This document shows positions 63,146-64,000 of a DNA stretch of 64,000 nucleotides, in pieces. This stretch comes from a bacterium (GTDB lineage: Bacteria > Patescibacteriota > Saccharimonadia > Saccharimonadales > AWTP1-31). A program made the position numbers and the translations under genes. Below the pieces are notes generated by a model that was given only the letters and a program-made list of their open reading frames with translations, made no database searches and was not told the origin of the DNA. How positions within the stretch are numbered: the stretch's first letter is position 1; each line of letters starts with the position of its first letter. The stretch lies in NCBI GenBank assembly GCA_030426125.1, contig JAUHZB010000002.1, forward strand, positions 3,633 through 67,632, given 5' to 3'.

Positions 63146-64000
63146 TTAAGATTCTAGCAGTTCAGCACCGCCAAAAATATCGCTTACGTTAGAAACATGA
63201 CTACTTTTTTTAGTTGAAGCTGGTTTGGGTTGTTCTTTATCTATAATAAGATCAACGACAACCTCTGGCTTATTGGCGGTAATAGACTCGATTATCTCAC
63301 TGATAATTGCTTTGTTCTTCTGGTCATCTATTTTTTTCTTATGGAACGGGAATTTGAAGGAAAGAGTTAGTTTGTTGTCTTCAAAATCAGTATCGGCCAT
63401 TTTTAGCACCCCGTAGAGAGTGTTGTATTTCTTTTTTAAGGCTGACAATATCTGAGGCCAGGCTTGGGCATTGAATTCAATTGTTGGCTGATCGCTGGCT
63501 GGTGATTTGGCTTTGTGTTCGGCTATATCGCTATTACTAGTTTTTGGTTTGTCTTCTTTCTTATCTTCTGGCTTCTCCCCTGTTTTTTCCTTTTGTTCTG
63601 TTTTTTCGGCATGACCAGCTTTTTCACTAGAAGCTTGTTTGTTTAGGGGCTTATCTTGAGTCAGCTTTGGTTGTTGCTGAGGTTCTTGCACTAGTTTGCT
63701 CGCCCCAGAGTCTTGGTTTGATGCTAATACAAATGAAAGTAGCACAATTTCAAGCTGTTTGTCTGGTTTTGGACTGCTGGATATATTAATTAATTCTTCC
63801 AGTAGATCTAAATACCGCTGTTGTTGATAGTTACTATCGTCTATTAGTTTACTGCGGATATCTTGAGCTAATTGGTTTGCTAAGGTGGTAGCTTGGACAC
63901 CTCGCTCCTGTAGATCGAAAAGACTTTGAATCAGCTCTTTTGGTGTGGTGTTGTTAAGCGACTCTATTAGTTCATTAGTAGCCTTGCTGGGGGCTAAGCC
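63146..64000 (-). CDS. dnaX: DNA polymerase III subunit gamma/tau, C-terminal part (5' end outside window)
   Basis: The frame stays open upstream of the listed ORF to the window edge (GLAPSKATNELIESL...LLEELINISSSPKPDKQLEIVLLSF). This is followed by a K/E/P-rich linker and a C-terminal domain. Sits in a replication-gene context next to dnaB. Confidence 0.6.
   Translation of the reverse strand, partial: GLAPSKATNELIESLNNTTPKELIQSLFDLQERGVQATTLANQLAQDIRSKLIDDSNYQQQRYLDLLEELINISSSPKPDKQLEIVLLSFVLASNQDSGASKLVQEPQQQPKLTQDKPLNKQASSEKAGHAEKTEQKEKTGEKPEDKKEDKPKTSNSDIAEHKAKSPASDQPTIEFNAQAWPQILSALKKKYNTLYGVLKMADTDFEDNKLTLSFKFPFHKKKIDDQKNKAIISEIIESITANKPEVVVDLIIDKEQPKPASTKKSSHVSNVSDIFGGAELLES

Overview
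This is a compact, moderately AT-rich bacterial chromosome segment. I count about 75 protein genes and 2 tRNAs, with almost no non-coding DNA. I saw no rRNA, CRISPR array, transposase or integrase. Long ORFs are intact under the standard code, so UGA is not recoded. The gene content suggests a reduced-genome, Gram-positive-like or CPR (Saccharibacteria-like) organism. The pointers are many small membrane proteins, a sortase-type LAETG surface protein, GT2/GT4/GT39-like envelope genes, an F-type ATPase with a short delta subunit, and no biosynthetic pathways. This lineage call cannot be confirmed without a database.

The recognisable core genes are:
- the atpBEFHAGDC operon (28.7-35.5 kb), which carries one extra ORF between atpD and atpC
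- glmS, cysS, recR, ybaB, dnaB, the 3' part of dnaX, and smpB
- tRNA-Asn(GUU) and tRNA-Gln(UUG)
- a UvrD-type helicase fused to a PD-(D/E)XK nuclease
- an aquaporin, a D-Ala-D-Ala carboxypeptidase, an S8 protease and a thermonuclease

The accessory-looking part is roughly 6-20.5 kb. It contains three things worth a second look:
1. An operon at 6.1-8.5 kb encoding an alpha/beta-hydrolase-like protein, a QueC-like PP-loop ATPase and an aminotransferase.
2. A run of unrelated same-strand genes at 9.6-15.3 kb (SRAP, peptidase E, histidine phosphatase, LD-carboxypeptidase and others). They are separated by copies of a conserved ~90-bp module: an attC-like inverted repeat, a hairpin, and TTTTGGGGTAT(A/G)AT placed 6 nt before the ATG.
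3. The best candidate for an undescribed system, at 15.4-19.7 kb. A THEP1-type NTPase fused to a SWIM zinc finger is transcribed divergently from a four-gene operon of divergent nucleotide-ring enzymes: a minimal ThyA-like protein, an N-terminally extended GTP-cyclohydrolase-II-like protein, a type-2 OMP-decarboxylase-like protein and a guanylate-kinase-like protein.

Other points of interest are a nested-helix candidate ncRNA next to tRNA-Asn, an Abi-alpha-like islet next to tRNA-Gln, an AbrB-type micro-ORF translationally coupled to glmS, and two glycine-zipper micro-proteins that the ORF track missed.

All family assignments come from motif reading by eye. No searches were run.
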